From Antedon mediterranea (Eukaryota; Animalia; Echinodermata): 64,000 bases of DNA. The notes under the pieces are model-generated. The model made no database searches. It saw nothing but the letters and a program-made list of their open reading frames with translations, and was not told where the DNA came from. Within the stretch, counting starts at the first letter, position 1; every line of letters starts with the position of its first letter. Shown here piece by piece: positions 25,101 through 36,211 of this stretch. The translations under genes and the position numbers were made by a program. Location of the stretch: the NCBI RefSeq assembly GCF_964355755.1, contig NC_092673.1, forward strand, positions 18,163,648-18,227,647, in the 5' to 3' direction.

Positions 25101-28100
25101 GGAGAAAACACGGCGGTGGCTATCCCACTCCTAGACATAGTCCACAGACACTGCACACGCAGGCTTGGTGGGCATGTTTCTTTGTTAGCAAAGTTAAAAA
25201 AAGATGAACTAAAACACCTAATTAAAACCTTAAAAGGGGCTTACAAAGATGCTTTTTTTTTATTGAATCTAGAAGAATTCACAGTCTACACCTACTATAT
25301 AATATACATATACTAGCTTATACAAAAGTGCAGATTAATATTTTGTATATATTACCGTATCCTTTCATATTTACCACCCCCTTTCGCTTACCATCCCGGT
25401 GCGAAAGCTCATTATGATGATAATGAAGACAACTATACTCATAGTAACTTTTTAACTGACTGATTAACTATGATGATTATAGGACTAAAACAATGAGGCT
25501 TGTTACGCCGTTATTGGAATGACCAAACAACTTGTTCCCACTACAGGTGCTTATACAGTTACTGAAGCTATCCCATTTGATACAGAGCAGCAATTAGATA
25601 AAGATGCAATCAAGAATGTTGTTGAGGAGAATAAGGAAGAGACTTTTGAAGAAACATTTAACATCTATGATCATGGGGGACAATTGATATACCATGGTAT
25701 TCATCGGGTAAGTTACAAAAGATGTATTTGCTTTGTATTAGTTGATACTTTTTTGACATTGTTTAAATACTTTCTACAAAAGTTTAAAGAGTTTTATTAC
25801 AATATATTTAAAGTGGGATTCCGGATTTGAAATTACTATTAAAAAATATAGTTGTATAATGTCTCTTGGACGGTAACAATTTCACTTATTATAAGAGCCC
25901 GTTGAAGCAGAACGAAGGCTGTGAAGTGCAGCTATGCTAATATGTTACAGAGTATGAAAATGATTTGTACTCACTAAATATATAAATTACTAAATTTCAA
26001 TTTTCTGTATTTTTAGTAATTCTTTCCATTCATCTATTCAAAAATTTATGAAAAAAATGTGTAAAATGAGATACGTTTGCAATTCTCGCACTTAGAGTAG
26101 CCTTCAGAATCAATGAAATGTAACGTATACAGACCTGCTGGGCGAGACTAACATGTGCTCTGCAAGCAATGTATCATAGAGGGAGCAGATAGAGTATATA
26201 TTACATAAAATATACCGCAAACTGATCTGGGCAAGCATGCTCATCCTTAATCGCAACATGCACAATGTATTTGATTTGAAGGTGGCTCCACCTAACGGAA
26301 TGGTATAGATAATATAGCTCAAGCGAGAGATTTGGAATAAGTTTGTAAATATGTACAGTATTGTGTGCTAATAGGGACTTTAGGGAAGAGGGTAAAATCA
26401 GAAACAGTCGACATAGCTGTTTTATTAGTTACGCACCCTTGCGCGAAGACGACGACCGGCAGTTTATCTCTGTCCCCTGCTGTCTCATGGCGCGGGGCGC
26501 TTCTGAATCGCTTGGCTCTGGTGATGCAGCATAGGCCTTTCTAGCCAGGGACCTTGCATTCAAACGCCGCTTTTAACACAGCCATTTTAACCCAATAAAA
26601 AAGTTATTTAGTAAACAATAACATTTGAGTGAAATTTGAACTGTATATTTGAGGTTATATATACATTATTTATAGTCGTTCTCCGGAAACGAGAAAATGG
26701 TTACTTGACTTTATCTTTAAAAAGTTAAGACGACGGAATTTCACGCTAAGCTCTGCCCACTTTGTTAAAGCTCATGCATAAATTATTCATGGCCATCGTC
26801 CTGTGGACGGTTGGGACACAACCATAGACGATTTCGACACGACCATAGATGTGCGGATGGTTGACGATCGGACCATGTTTTGCCTCGATCTATTTATGTA
26901 CATTTTTAGAGCGTTAGGTTATTAGATTATATAAAAAGAGTTGTTAGGATAGGCATAGGTAGGAAGCAAAATGGGCCAATTGTCTCGGCAGCTGGCTGGG
27001 TCCAACTAGTTTACGTTATGATAGCCATTGTAGCAGGCATGGAATTGCCCTTTTTTTTAAATGCAGTTAGGCTATTGAAGGAGTGGAATTGTGGCTTGGT
27101 GGTTATGATGGTTGGCTACCACTCCAAGGGTCCTGGGTTCAAGTCCCGTCACATGTCAGGATTTTTTCTAAGGACAAAATTACAACTCCACTCCCAAAGG
27201 CTTGTAATAAGACTTTGTTTATGTAGAGCATCTTATATATGTTTGTCTTGTGAACCTCTGAGGGTCCCTAATGATCAGCAATTGCTGGATGGATCACCCT
27301 CTTTAAATATGGTAAAAAAAAAAATTTTAAAAAAAGCCAAGGCTACAGTAATAAACTGTACAAAATTTTGTATTTCATTGAGTGCTAATAAATACATAGA
27401 CCTATTGTACTGTTACAAATTTATATGATAAAAAAATCTAATACAAAAACTGTATTTCACAATTATCTCACAACATTGGTAATCTCCGTTAACAACGTAC
27501 GCAACATGAGTTTGGAATCAACTTGATCTCATGAATATTAATGGTTAAAGCCAATGAGCTTCCCTAAGCTGCTAAAAAAAAATTTCCATGAATTTACCCT
27601 GAATTGTATATGAAATTGTATTTTTTTTTATTTCTAGTTATTACTTCATACATGTTTATATTATAGACAATAATAGTTTTTTTGTAGTAATTAAATGATA
27701 TTTAAAAGCAATTTAAAACCCAAAATCCCCCTTTTTAAATGCCGATCGTCAGCCAATCTAAAGGAAATGTTTCTGTATAAAATGTATACAACATGATTGC
27801 ATGGCCAAGGTCATAGGCAAAATTTTTCTGGTACTGATTATTATTATTAAAATGTGTTTGGAGGATTGTGGGGTCACATGATATTCAATAGACATTTACT
27901 ATTAAACTTTCAGATTGCATATTCTTATGTAATACTCAGTGAGGATAGGCTGTTAAATGTGATTCGAAAATCAACTGTTGTCACGCCGTCTTTAATTGCT
28001 GCCTTCTGAAATAGTTTAGGCCTTTATGTTTGTCATAATATATGAATATTTATGAGTGGAATGGTACAAATAATTACATGAGGTGAAAGATGAAGGACTA

Positions 28101-31100
28101 TATAAAAAAAAATAGAACAACATTTTGATCTTTCAACGAATTAAATTATTTGTTCTACTGCACGAATATAAAACTTTCATTGTTTGTTTGACTGCACACC
28201 TACTTTTAACAAGAGGCTATGCCATTGAAAAGGCAGAACTCGGACTATTTAAAGACCCATTCCCTACAATTGTTGACGTTTGGTAAAAATAATGCATATA
28301 TATTACTTTAAAAACATTAAACCAGGTTATTCCTTGTTAGATGTACATTTATGGTAATTTATAATAAAATGAGAGAAAAGTAGGTTGCAGTGAATGTCCT
28401 CTTGTGGATGGACTTTAGGCCTAGCCTAGCTAGACTTAGTTTTGTAGGCCTAGCTGGTAAACAGCAGTAACGTACGAACATTGTACGCTAGCTATATGCC
28501 TAGCCTGACGTTGTCTAGTTGTTGCTACGCACGTGTAGGCTAAAAAATTATGAAAATATGCCTATTTTTCAAATTAATTGCATATTCAATTTACAAAAAT
28601 TAATTTCGACAATTAAACAATGACATTTTCTTGGGCCGAAGCTACAAACTAAACATTAACATTCTTCTTTAAAATTTTCATATATTAAAGGTAAAATACA
28701 GTGCATCTATTTAAAAATATTTAAAGATGTCTTCACATTTTAAAAAAAATATTTTATTGCGATATGTAATAATCGATCTGCACCAAAGTGGGTCTGCATA
28801 GTAAATACACAAACAGAGGAATCTTTCTTCAAATTTTAGTGTAGTTGTGTATGGCTTGGTGGTCTGTGGTCGTGTCTAAAGCATTCACGGTACCGAGATC
28901 GAGTCTCACCTTTGAAAATGAAACCAAACAAGATTGTGTTGTTTTTTTCCGTATTATTTTGTTAATTTTATTTCTTAGTGCATAAATTATACACCTGATT
29001 TATAATGAAATCTATAGAAATTATGTCTTTATTATGTAACAAGGGAGATTTGTGACATATAGGCCTACGGATCTTTGTTTCTATGCAATGGGCTCGATGT
29101 GCAGTGATGATACCGGCTATTGTACTTGTGCAACCAATATCCCATCTTTCATATATTATAAATAGACCTAATTAAAGATCATGACAAAATCAATATATCT
29201 TTTAAAAATCAATTATTATTTAAATCAATGCATATAACTTATAATTCATCATAGTGATGAATTAAATCTAATCATATTTTTAACCATTTAAAGACAAAAA
29301 AAGTTATCGCATTCTATAGGATCATATAATATTTATTTTTACATTAAATGTAGTTTTACAATACACTTGTATTACAATATATCCACTGAAAAGGCATTTT
29401 CTTTGGTTTGGTGATTTTTATTTTCAAGTACACCTTTTGTCATAAAAAGACAAGAATACTCGTGAATTATGGCTGCAAAATTTATGTCGCTGACACAGTA
29501 TTCATGAACAAATTATTTTCAACTTCGTCTGACTGATGACATCACATACAGTCCTACAATCCTTGTGATTTGATTGGACAAATTGAAGCGAATTTGCAAG
29601 CGAAAGCGAAAAAGGTGCCCATGGAGCAACTCTAGCGAATTCACGCGCGGAGCCTTCGCTAGGTTGAGAATCGAACGACGCCTACAAGTTCAATTTGATA
29701 TTTACACTGAAATCGTCCGTCGCGACAAAATTACGGTTCGGTTTGACGCTTGTCGCGTGTCACTTCGCGTGTAAATTGTTCAGTGTGCACCGACCTTTAA
29801 TAAGATCTAAAAAACGTAGAGAATGGGACTTTAATCTTACTAAATCTTATTCTCATATAATACATTTACAATATAGAACAGAAGTTTTAAACTATTTCAA
29901 GTTCATCTACTTTGTGTGTATCAATCTATACAAAGTTGTTACACTGGAAAAAAAATCCAGTAACCTTTACTTTTCTTTTATTTATTTTCTGTTTTCAATC
30001 ATCACTGATTTTCAATATTATCAAAGAATTTTTATATGAAAGGTCAACGTATAATTTAAAATATTTTTCCAGAAGGCTTTAATATTAATCAGTCAATATT
30101 TGATTAACAAAATTATTTTTGCAGATCTTCATGACATCACGATCACTTTACATTGTTGTGTTTGATCTCAGTAAACCCTTGGATGATCTTGCTACTTTCA
30201 TTGATTCATCTGGAGTAAGTATTTCTATAACATGGCAGAAGTAAGGCATTGTGATTGAACAATTCTTCTAATTGATAAGAACATGCATTTTATGCATTAA
30301 AAACAGTTTGACTATTTTAAAAGATTTTATTTCATACCTTCCAAATAAGATGTAGTAATGAATGTTTTTAAAAACTAACCATTTCAAGTTTAACTTTGAT
30401 TAAGTGTTCTTATATAATTTACAGGAAAAGTGTAAACATCATTGGACCAATCTCCAGTTGATATTATCTTACATCCTGTCAGTTTATTCTCATAGTCGTA
30501 TTGTAGAAGAAGATAAAGGGAAGGGAGTTCACAAACCAACTATCCTTATTGTGGGTACACATAAGGGTAAGCTTGGTAAGACTGAAAAAAACCAGAAGTC
30601 TGAGGTAAATACTCAATGCAACCAAGAATACATTGCATGTCTATAATAAGCAAATGAGGAAATCTGTTGTAGTGTATCAATTAATTTGATTACTTAAGTC
30701 TAGTCAATTACTAGAGTAAGCCCATATCTATCATAAAGAATTTATTAATATTAATTTATACATTTTTTTATTATTAGGCAAAAAAGGTATTTAAAACGCT
30801 TCGAAATGCAATTAAAGAGAAACTGTATGAAGTACATGTGCATAATCATTATTTTGCCATCGAAAACAGTAAAAAAACAACAGATGAGAGCTTTAGTGAA
30901 CTAAAAAAGGTTATTGATGAGTTTATGTCAGATTTAGAAAAGGATGTTCCTTTAAAGTGGATGCGTTTTCGATGTGGCATACATAATCTAAGGAGAGAAA
31001 AACACTTTTCTTTGTGTCCTGTTGATGAGGTAAATTTATGTTTTTTCAGAATAAAAATGTATTTAAAATAATAATATCGAAAGTAGTATAAACAAAAGAA

Positions 31101-31650
31101 TCTTCCCATTATTAAAAACAATTATTGTTAGTAAATATTATAATGTTGATTGGTAATATGGCCCTAACGAATGAGCCAGACAACTTGACAACCTACAGTA
31201 GTAATATTACATGGAATATTCCGCAATGTTGCCATTCTGTAAGAACAATTGTATAAAAAAAAATTCTATTCCCCAGTGAGAGTAATGCTGTCCTTCAGAT
31301 CCTACATTTTTAAGTAAATGACAAAAGTAACAGTATTTACGCAAAACTTTTTTATATGGTAATTGTACCTCAAAAGATTTTAAAATTAATAATGTTATAA
31401 ATATATACCTACCAATGATTTCATATTTTATTTAAATTTGAATAGTAATAATATTTTTCTTTAGCTTAAAATGCTTGCAAGTGAGAATGGTATTGCAGAT
31501 GAATCAATCCTCCTTAACTTCCTGTATGATCTTGGTGAAATTATTTACATGCCTGACAAGGAATTATTAAGAGATAAAGCAGTGTTAGATCCAATGCAGC
31601 TGGTAGAAATTGTGACTGCTTTTGTAACAGTCATTCCACCAGAATCTCCA
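4195..31650 (+). CDS. Gene 1: multi-exon tDED-tDED-Roc-COR (ROCO family) gene, apparently truncated within COR
   Basis: GT-AG exons read by hand: 4195-4281 (ATG 4274), 4519-4615 (alternative donor after 4610), 6302-6333, 7520-7564, 8222-8755, 9623-9685, 10133-10246, 10457-10555, 11553-11577, 12551-12582, 13841-13885, 14547-15086, 21116-21208, 22509-22656, 23696-23781, 24120-24184, 24471-24555, 25547-25707, 30125-30214, 30425-30604, 30778-31029, 31465-31650. Phases are consistent from 7520 to 31650 with no stops. The 5' exons have a frame conflict (see findings). Confidence 0.85.
4274..4615 (+). CDS. Gene 1 first coding exons (MERKKFEEALWYGSDLQTIKHICKTQPDLVKSI), homologous to the ankyrin N-cap exons of gene 2
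   Basis: ATGGAAAG|gt at 4274-4283 and acceptor tttaacag at 4518. The peptide matches gene 2 MERNKLEEALHRNDLQTIKHICRTQPDLVKSINE at about 26/35 positions. Confidence 0.7.
4761..5543. repeat. Minisatellite, 71-bp unit x~11
   Basis: acacactgatgatggaggtataacctgcatgtactgattaaccacattaggctaaaaataataatataaat. Confidence 0.95.
5630..6263. repeat. Minisatellite, ~66-bp unit x~10 (4 copies in the duplicate at 12248-12512)
   Basis: gggagtggggagggtttgctagaccataaaaccctcc...tccttattata. Confidence 0.93.
6503..7470. repeat. Minisatellite, 88-bp unit x~11
   Basis: gctgctattagctgtgatatcttcattcctcttaccagtagtagtactatcagaatc... It is the source of the spurious MLLLAVISS ORFs. Confidence 0.95.
8222..8755 (+). 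CDS. Exon encoding tandem death effector domains (tDED cassette 1)
   Basis: Phase 1-1 exon (tttgcag| ... G|gtaat). DED-like pattern FRDL..LS....YHWLRFLLFD....DLLNTLEDKGFIS..NVNLLLEI. A second unit starts LSSYRKRLF, like the caspase-8/cFLIP DED2 start. Confidence 0.8.
9623..13885 (+). CDS. Six small linker exons between the two tDED cassettes
   Basis: 9623-9685 VQDGSVTSALPQSDIQGSQQ; 10133-10246 LIKLLASDSP..KLEAES; 10457-10555 VTKQLPSDSS..KPEPES; 11553-11577; 12551-12582 LKESIQTFVK; 13841-13885 ESWPKERRGRKTDQ. All have canonical splice sites and compatible phases. Confidence 0.7.
9809..10025. repeat. Minisatellite, 39-bp unit x~5.5
   Basis: aaaatgtatagttatgttactctccaaaatgaacat repeated. Confidence 0.95.
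12754..13790. repeat. Minisatellite, 88-bp unit (duplicate of 6503-7470)
   Basis: Same unit as 6503-7470. Confidence 0.95.
14547..15086 (+). CDS. Exon encoding tandem death effector domains (tDED cassette 2)
   Basis: Phase 1-1 exon, paralogue of 8222-8755, with about 18 amino-acid differences by eye. Confidence 0.8.
16390..18920 (+). mobile_element. CR1-group non-LTR retrotransposon ORF2 (APE endonuclease + RT), inactivated and 3'-truncated
   Basis: SET(W->stop)L, GGGVAFYV, VYRPP, GDYNI, SDHFPI, QYGFR, LDLSKAFDT, GVPQGSILGPLLFLIFIND, YADDT. In-frame stops at ~16440 and 17115. Confidence 0.92.
18921..19037. repeat. Palindromic array of 8 TTGCGCAA motifs
   Basis: ttgcgcaa-tttcaaa-ttgcgcaa units. 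The whole block is near self-complementary around gaattc at ~18976. Confidence 0.9.
22509..30604 (+). CDS. Gene 1 Roc GTPase domain exons
   Basis: P-loop GQEGVGKT (22509-22656), switch I TDGI (23696-23781), G3 region IYDHGGQLIYHGIHR (25547-25707), IFMTSRSLYIVVFDLSK (30125-30214), G4 region PTILIVGTHKG (30425-30604). This is the Roc motif order. Confidence 0.9.
23025..23650. mobile_element. Non-autonomous TTAA-targeting DNA transposon (Kolobok-like)
   Basis: TTAA|AGACCCCTTCCCT ... AGGGAATGGGGCT|TTAA. RR..YY termini with a TTAA duplication are the Kolobok signature. Confidence 0.75.
24690..24950. repeat. Dispersed repeat, with an inverted copy at ~47670-47965
   Basis: aaaaacatgaaaaat.aagatta.taaatcagactttgaatag matches the reverse complement of 47912-47960. 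Confidence 0.65.
27080..27325 (+). mobile_element. tRNA-derived SINE
   Basis: A box TGGCTTGGTGG, B box GGTTCAAGTCC and an A-rich tail. A second copy lies at 58261-58531. Confidence 0.85.
28253..29830. mobile_element. Second, longer copy of the Kolobok-like element with internal insertions
   Basis: TTAA|AGACCCATTCCCTAC ... GTAGAGAATGGGACT|TTAA. Its first ~270 bp and its 3' end match 23025-23650. Confidence 0.72.
30778..31650 (+). CDS. Gene 1 end of Roc and N-terminal COR exons
   Basis: FAIENSK...VPLKW and LNFLYDLGEIIY....VLDPMQLVE match the COR signatures P..W and L.FLH.LG.I....V.LDP..L. Exons 30778-31029 and 31465-31650. Confidence 0.88.
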
Positions 31651-32529
31651 GTAAGTAGGCTCATAAAAATGTTAATTCAGTGTTCCTTGAGAAATTAATA
31701 GGCACATGTGAATTCCTATAGGTACTGTAGTATGAAAAGCAATATCTGACATTACATTTTAGTTAGTAGGCATGTTAAGGTGCATATTTTAGGCAAATCC
31801 TTCAAATTGTGATAACATTTTGAAACTTTGCACAGTTATTCATTAGGGTGTCAAAAATATGAAATGGAAGGGTTGCACAAAATTTGGGTAGGGGAAAGCC
31901 GCCATTTTGGATTTCAAAATGGCGGACCTAAAATTTTCACTTGTCAGGTATATCTCTGCTAAAGAGGCACCTAGAGTTCTGATTTTAAATGCAAAATATA
32001 TGGTAGTGGGGCCACCAAACATATTGGTATAATTAACATTTGATTGCATGGCGGCCATGTTGGAATTCAAAATTACGGACTTCAAATTTTCACTTTTCAG
32101 GTATATCTCTGCTAAAAAGGCACCTAGAATTCTGATTTTAGGTGCAAATTATAATTATGGTAATGGGGTCACCAAACATATTGGTATAACTAACATTTTG
32201 ATTGCATGGCGGCCATGTTGGATTTCAAAATGGCGGACCCCAAATTTTCACTTTTCAGGTATATCTCTGCTAAAAAGGTACACAGTGCTCTCATTTTAGG
32301 TGCAAATTATATGGTAATGGGTCACCAAATATATTGGTATTTAACTAACATTTTGATTGCATGGCGGCCATTTTGAATTTCAAAATGGCGAGCTCAAAAT
32401 GTTTCAGTACGGTACCTACAGTTATAATTTTAGGTACAAAATATAATATGGTATTGAGGTCAACAAACATATTGGTATAACGTCTTTGATTGCATGGCAG
32501 CCATTTTGAATGTAGCTCAAACCTGGTAA

Positions 32530-33516
32530 CCACACAGCTCTGTACATCATAAATCACTCTTTCTGCATTTACAGCGTCCAAGATCACAGTCGGTGTGTCA
32601 CAGCGAATTAAAACCTAATTTGTGACATCTGAAAGTTCCGGCAATGAACTCCAAACTGGACTAAATTTGTTGCCGTCCTTCCTCCATCCCCAGTTTGCTG
32701 GGTCCTGTTCAACCCTGAATGCATCCAGTTGTACCACTTTCTGGCTTGTAGAACAGACCGTTTCACATGTTCTCTTAATGCCGCAGATGTTGGGAGATAT
32801 TTTCAATAGTCTGTAGTAAAAAGATATCGTCTTGCATCATTTACCTTCTTTCTACATAGTTACAACAAACTGTTCTAGATAATCTGTGTCACTAACATCC
32901 CCTACAGACAATGACATTGTCTCAAATTCCTTTCCTTGAACAGATGAAGTTGTATCACAACTGCTAAAGGAATGAAAGAACAAGTAAGCGGCTGATGCTT
33001 GTGATCCAAGAGAAGTAATCTTGTGTATTGAGATATACTTCAAGTGCTTCCCCACTCCAAACTCGATCCAAAGCTCGTGGATGCTAGGTATTCTGTGGAA
33101 AGTTGACAATGCAATAACAACCACATCACTGTCTAAAGTCTTGACAAGAATGCGCGGAAAAATGTTAATGTTTAACATGAACAAACATACGTTCATCTGC
33201 CTCTTCTATGTTACATGGCATCAGTGGTTGTATATTTACAGACTGGTTTGTTACAGCTCTGTCTCCAAAAGACCCTACAAACATTCCGTGATTTGTGTCA
33301 ATGTTCTCTACTACTTCAGTTACAATTAATGAAACAACTCTGATTTGTTGTCATCATATCCCGAATATGTGGTCCAATTGTTGGGCATGCTCCCACTGGC
33401 TTTGACGCCCCTCCTTACACCAGAGCCGTGGTTTGAACGCGCACTAGACTTTAAACCGTCGTTAAAGTATCTATCGAAAACCAAATCTGGTCATGTCACT
33501 GATCGAAGTTGATGGT
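32530..33516 (-). pseudogene. Mirror copy of the same degenerate protein, left arm
   Basis: Minus-strand ORFs 32852-33196 (LDSDVVVIAL, ELWIEFGVGKH, FHSFSSCD) and 32615-32806 (DPANWGW). Confidence 0.75.
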
Positions 33517-33529
33517 CTATATATGGTTG

Positions 33530-34698
33530 TACGACAAAATGAAGCACCATTAGTTGCTGCCAAGGTGTTAGATGGACCAGCAATAATCAATATGCTCAGG
33601 CCCAATGATTCGAAGACATTCATTGAGTATATACCAAGTGTCATACAACCATCAACTTCGATCAGTGACACGGCTAGATTTGTTTTTCGATAGATACTTT
33701 AACGACAGTTTAAAGCCTGGTATGCGTTCAAACCGCGTTTCTGGTGTAAGGAGGGTCGTTAAAGCCAGCGGGAGCATGCCCAACAATTGGACCACATTTT
33801 TTAGATTTGATGACAACAAATCAGAGTTGTTTTCATTTGTTGTAACTGAAGTAGTAGAGGACATTGGCACAAATCACGGAATGTTTGTAGGGTCTTTGGG
33901 AGACAGAGCTGTAACAAACCATTAAATATAGAATTGCTGATGTCATGTAACATAGAAGAGGCAGATGAACGTATGTTGGTTCACGTTAAACTTGCCGCTG
34001 AAATGTTCCACGCATTGTCAAGACTGTACACAGTGATGTTGCTGTCAGCTTTCCACAGAACACCTGGCATCCACGAGCTTCGGATCGAGTTTGGAGTGGG
34101 GAAGCACTTGAAGTACATCCCAATACACGAGATTGCTTCTTCTCTTGGATCACATGCATCAGCCGCTTACTTGTTCTTTCATACCATTAGCGGTTGTGAT
34201 AGAACTTCATCTGTTTAAGGAAAAGATAAAGCTACATTTAACGAGACTTTGAAAAAGATGCCATGTATGACTCCAGTTTTTGAGAGGATGTCATTGTCTG
34301 TAGGGCATGTTAGTGAAACAGACACAGATTATCTAGAACAGTTTGTTGTAACTATGTCTACTGCAGAACATTTAATGATGCAAGACGATATCTTTTTACA
34401 ACAAGAGAAAGACTATTGAAAATATCCCCCCAACATCTGCGGCATTAAGAGAACATGTGAAACGGAAGCCAGGAAGTGGTACGACTGTCTTGATGCATTC
34501 AGGGTTGAACAGGACCCAGCGAAGGACGGCAACAAATTTAGTTTAGCTTGGAGTTCATTGCCGGAACTTTCAGATGTCACAAAGCTTTTAATTCGCTGTG
34601 GACACACCGACTGTGATCTTGGATGCTGTAAATGCAGAAAGAGTGATTTACGATGTACAGAGCTGTGTGGTTGCCAGGGAAAATGTGACCTACAATAA
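33530..34698 (+). pseudogene. Frameshifted C-terminal part of an Academ-type protein (XPG-like nuclease + CXC), right arm
   Basis: ORFs 33493, 33605 and 33934 plus the Cys-rich end at 34577-34698 join through frameshifts. Confidence 0.75.
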
Positions 34699-35654
34699 GT
34701 GTCCTTGTTAAATGCATGTAATTATGAACATAAACAAATAGTGTAAAGCCAGTACGGGTTGAGCTACATTCAAAATGGCCGCCATGCAATCAAAGACATT
34801 ATTCTAATATGTTTGTTGACCTCAATACTATATTATACTTTGTACCTAAAATTATAACTGTAGGTACCGTACTGAAACATTTTGAGTTCGCCATTTTGAA
34901 ATTCAAAATTCCCGCCATGCAATAAAAATGTCAGTTAAATACCAATATGTTTGGTTACCCATTACCATATAATTGGCACCTAAAATCAGAACTCTGTGTA
35001 CCTTTTTAGCAGAGATACCTGAAAAGTGAAAATTTGAAGTCCGCCATTTTGAAATCCAAAATGGCCGCCATGTAATCAAAATGTTAGTTGTACCAATATG
35101 TTTGGTGACCCCATTAACATATAATTTGAACCTAAAATCATAACTCTAGGTGCCTTTTTAGCAGAGATATACTTGAAAATGAAAATTTGAAATCCGCCAT
35201 TTTGAAATCCAACATGGCCGCCATGGAATCAAAATGTTAATTATACCAGTATGTTTGGTGACCCCACTACCATATAATTTGCACCTAAAATCAGAACTGT
35301 AGGTGCCTCTTTAGCAGAGATATACCTAAAAAGTGAAAATTTTAAGTCCGCCATTTTGGAATCCAAAATGGCGGCCATGCAATTAAAATATTAGTTATAC
35401 CAATATGTTTGGTGACCCAATTACCATATAATTTTCACCTAAATTCAGAACTCTAGGTGCCTATTTAGCAGAGATATACCTGAAAAAGTGAACAATTTGG
35501 GTCCGCCATTTTGAAATCCAAAATGGCGGCTTTCCCCTGACCAAATTTTGTGCAACCCTTCTATTTCATGTTTTTGACACCCTAATGAATAACTGTGCAA
35601 AGTTTCAAAATGTTATCACAATTTGAAGGATTTGGTCACTTAACAGGCCTACTA

Positions 35655-36005
35655 TATTTATACTACAGGGATTGTAACAACACAATTTGTTGTGGATAAA
35701 TCTAAAAGCTGTAGGAATCACTGTATTTATATTACAGGGATTTTAACAACACAATTTGTTGTGGATAAATCCAAAAGCTGTAGGAATCCCTGTATTTATA
35801 GTACAGGGATTTAACAACACAATTTGTTGTGGCAAAAGCTGTAGGAATCACTGTATTTATAGTACAGGGATTTTAACAACACAATTTGTTGTGGCAAAAG
35901 CTGTAGGAATCACTGTATTTATAGTACAGGGATTTTAACAACACAATCTGTTGTGGATAAATCCAAAAGCTGTAGGAATCCCTGTATTTATAGTACAGGG
36001 ATTTT
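35655..36005. repeat. Minisatellite, ~60-bp unit x~6
   Basis: tatttatagtacagggattttaacaacacaatttgttgtgg...aaaagctgtaggaatc. Confidence 0.9.
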
Positions 36006-36170
36006 TACGAAAAATGACCAAAGTGGTGTTTGGCATGTTGTGCAGGTTGGAGAGGACAGACAATATTGTCACAAAATGTATTTATGAATTTGCTTTTCCT
36101 TCATCCAATCTACATGGTAGATGGATGAAGCTATTGTTCTAACCACGTGACTATGTGGCGTAGGTTTTTT

Positions 36171-36176
<6 letters not shown>

Positions 36177-36208
<32 letters not shown>
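36177..36208. repeat. (TA)n microsatellite
   Basis: Uninterrupted TA run. Confidence 0.95.

Positions 36209-36211
<3 letters not shown>

Larger units (their letters stand above)
31764..35654. mobile_element. Foldback element made of two inverted 3' halves of an Academ-type (XPG/PIN nuclease + Cys-rich) DNA transposon
   Basis: Ends TAGTAGGC ... GCCTACTA. Arms ~31764-33516 and ~33647-35654 are reverse complements, with ~130-bp subterminal repeats. Degenerate ORF motifs DG.A, FDRY, EEADERM, DSDVVV, FH..SGCD, WGW and a C-terminal CGHTDCDLGCCKCRKSDLRCTELCGCQGKC. Confidence 0.8.

Noticed and set aside
27085-27160. tRNA gene
   Set aside because: It has A/B boxes but continues into a shared SINE body and A tail, and a diverged second copy exists.
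36046-36087. Possible terminal exon of gene 1 (VGEDRQYCHKMYL*)
   Set aside because: It is phase-compatible but has a weak acceptor and no COR similarity, so it cannot be supported without transcripts.
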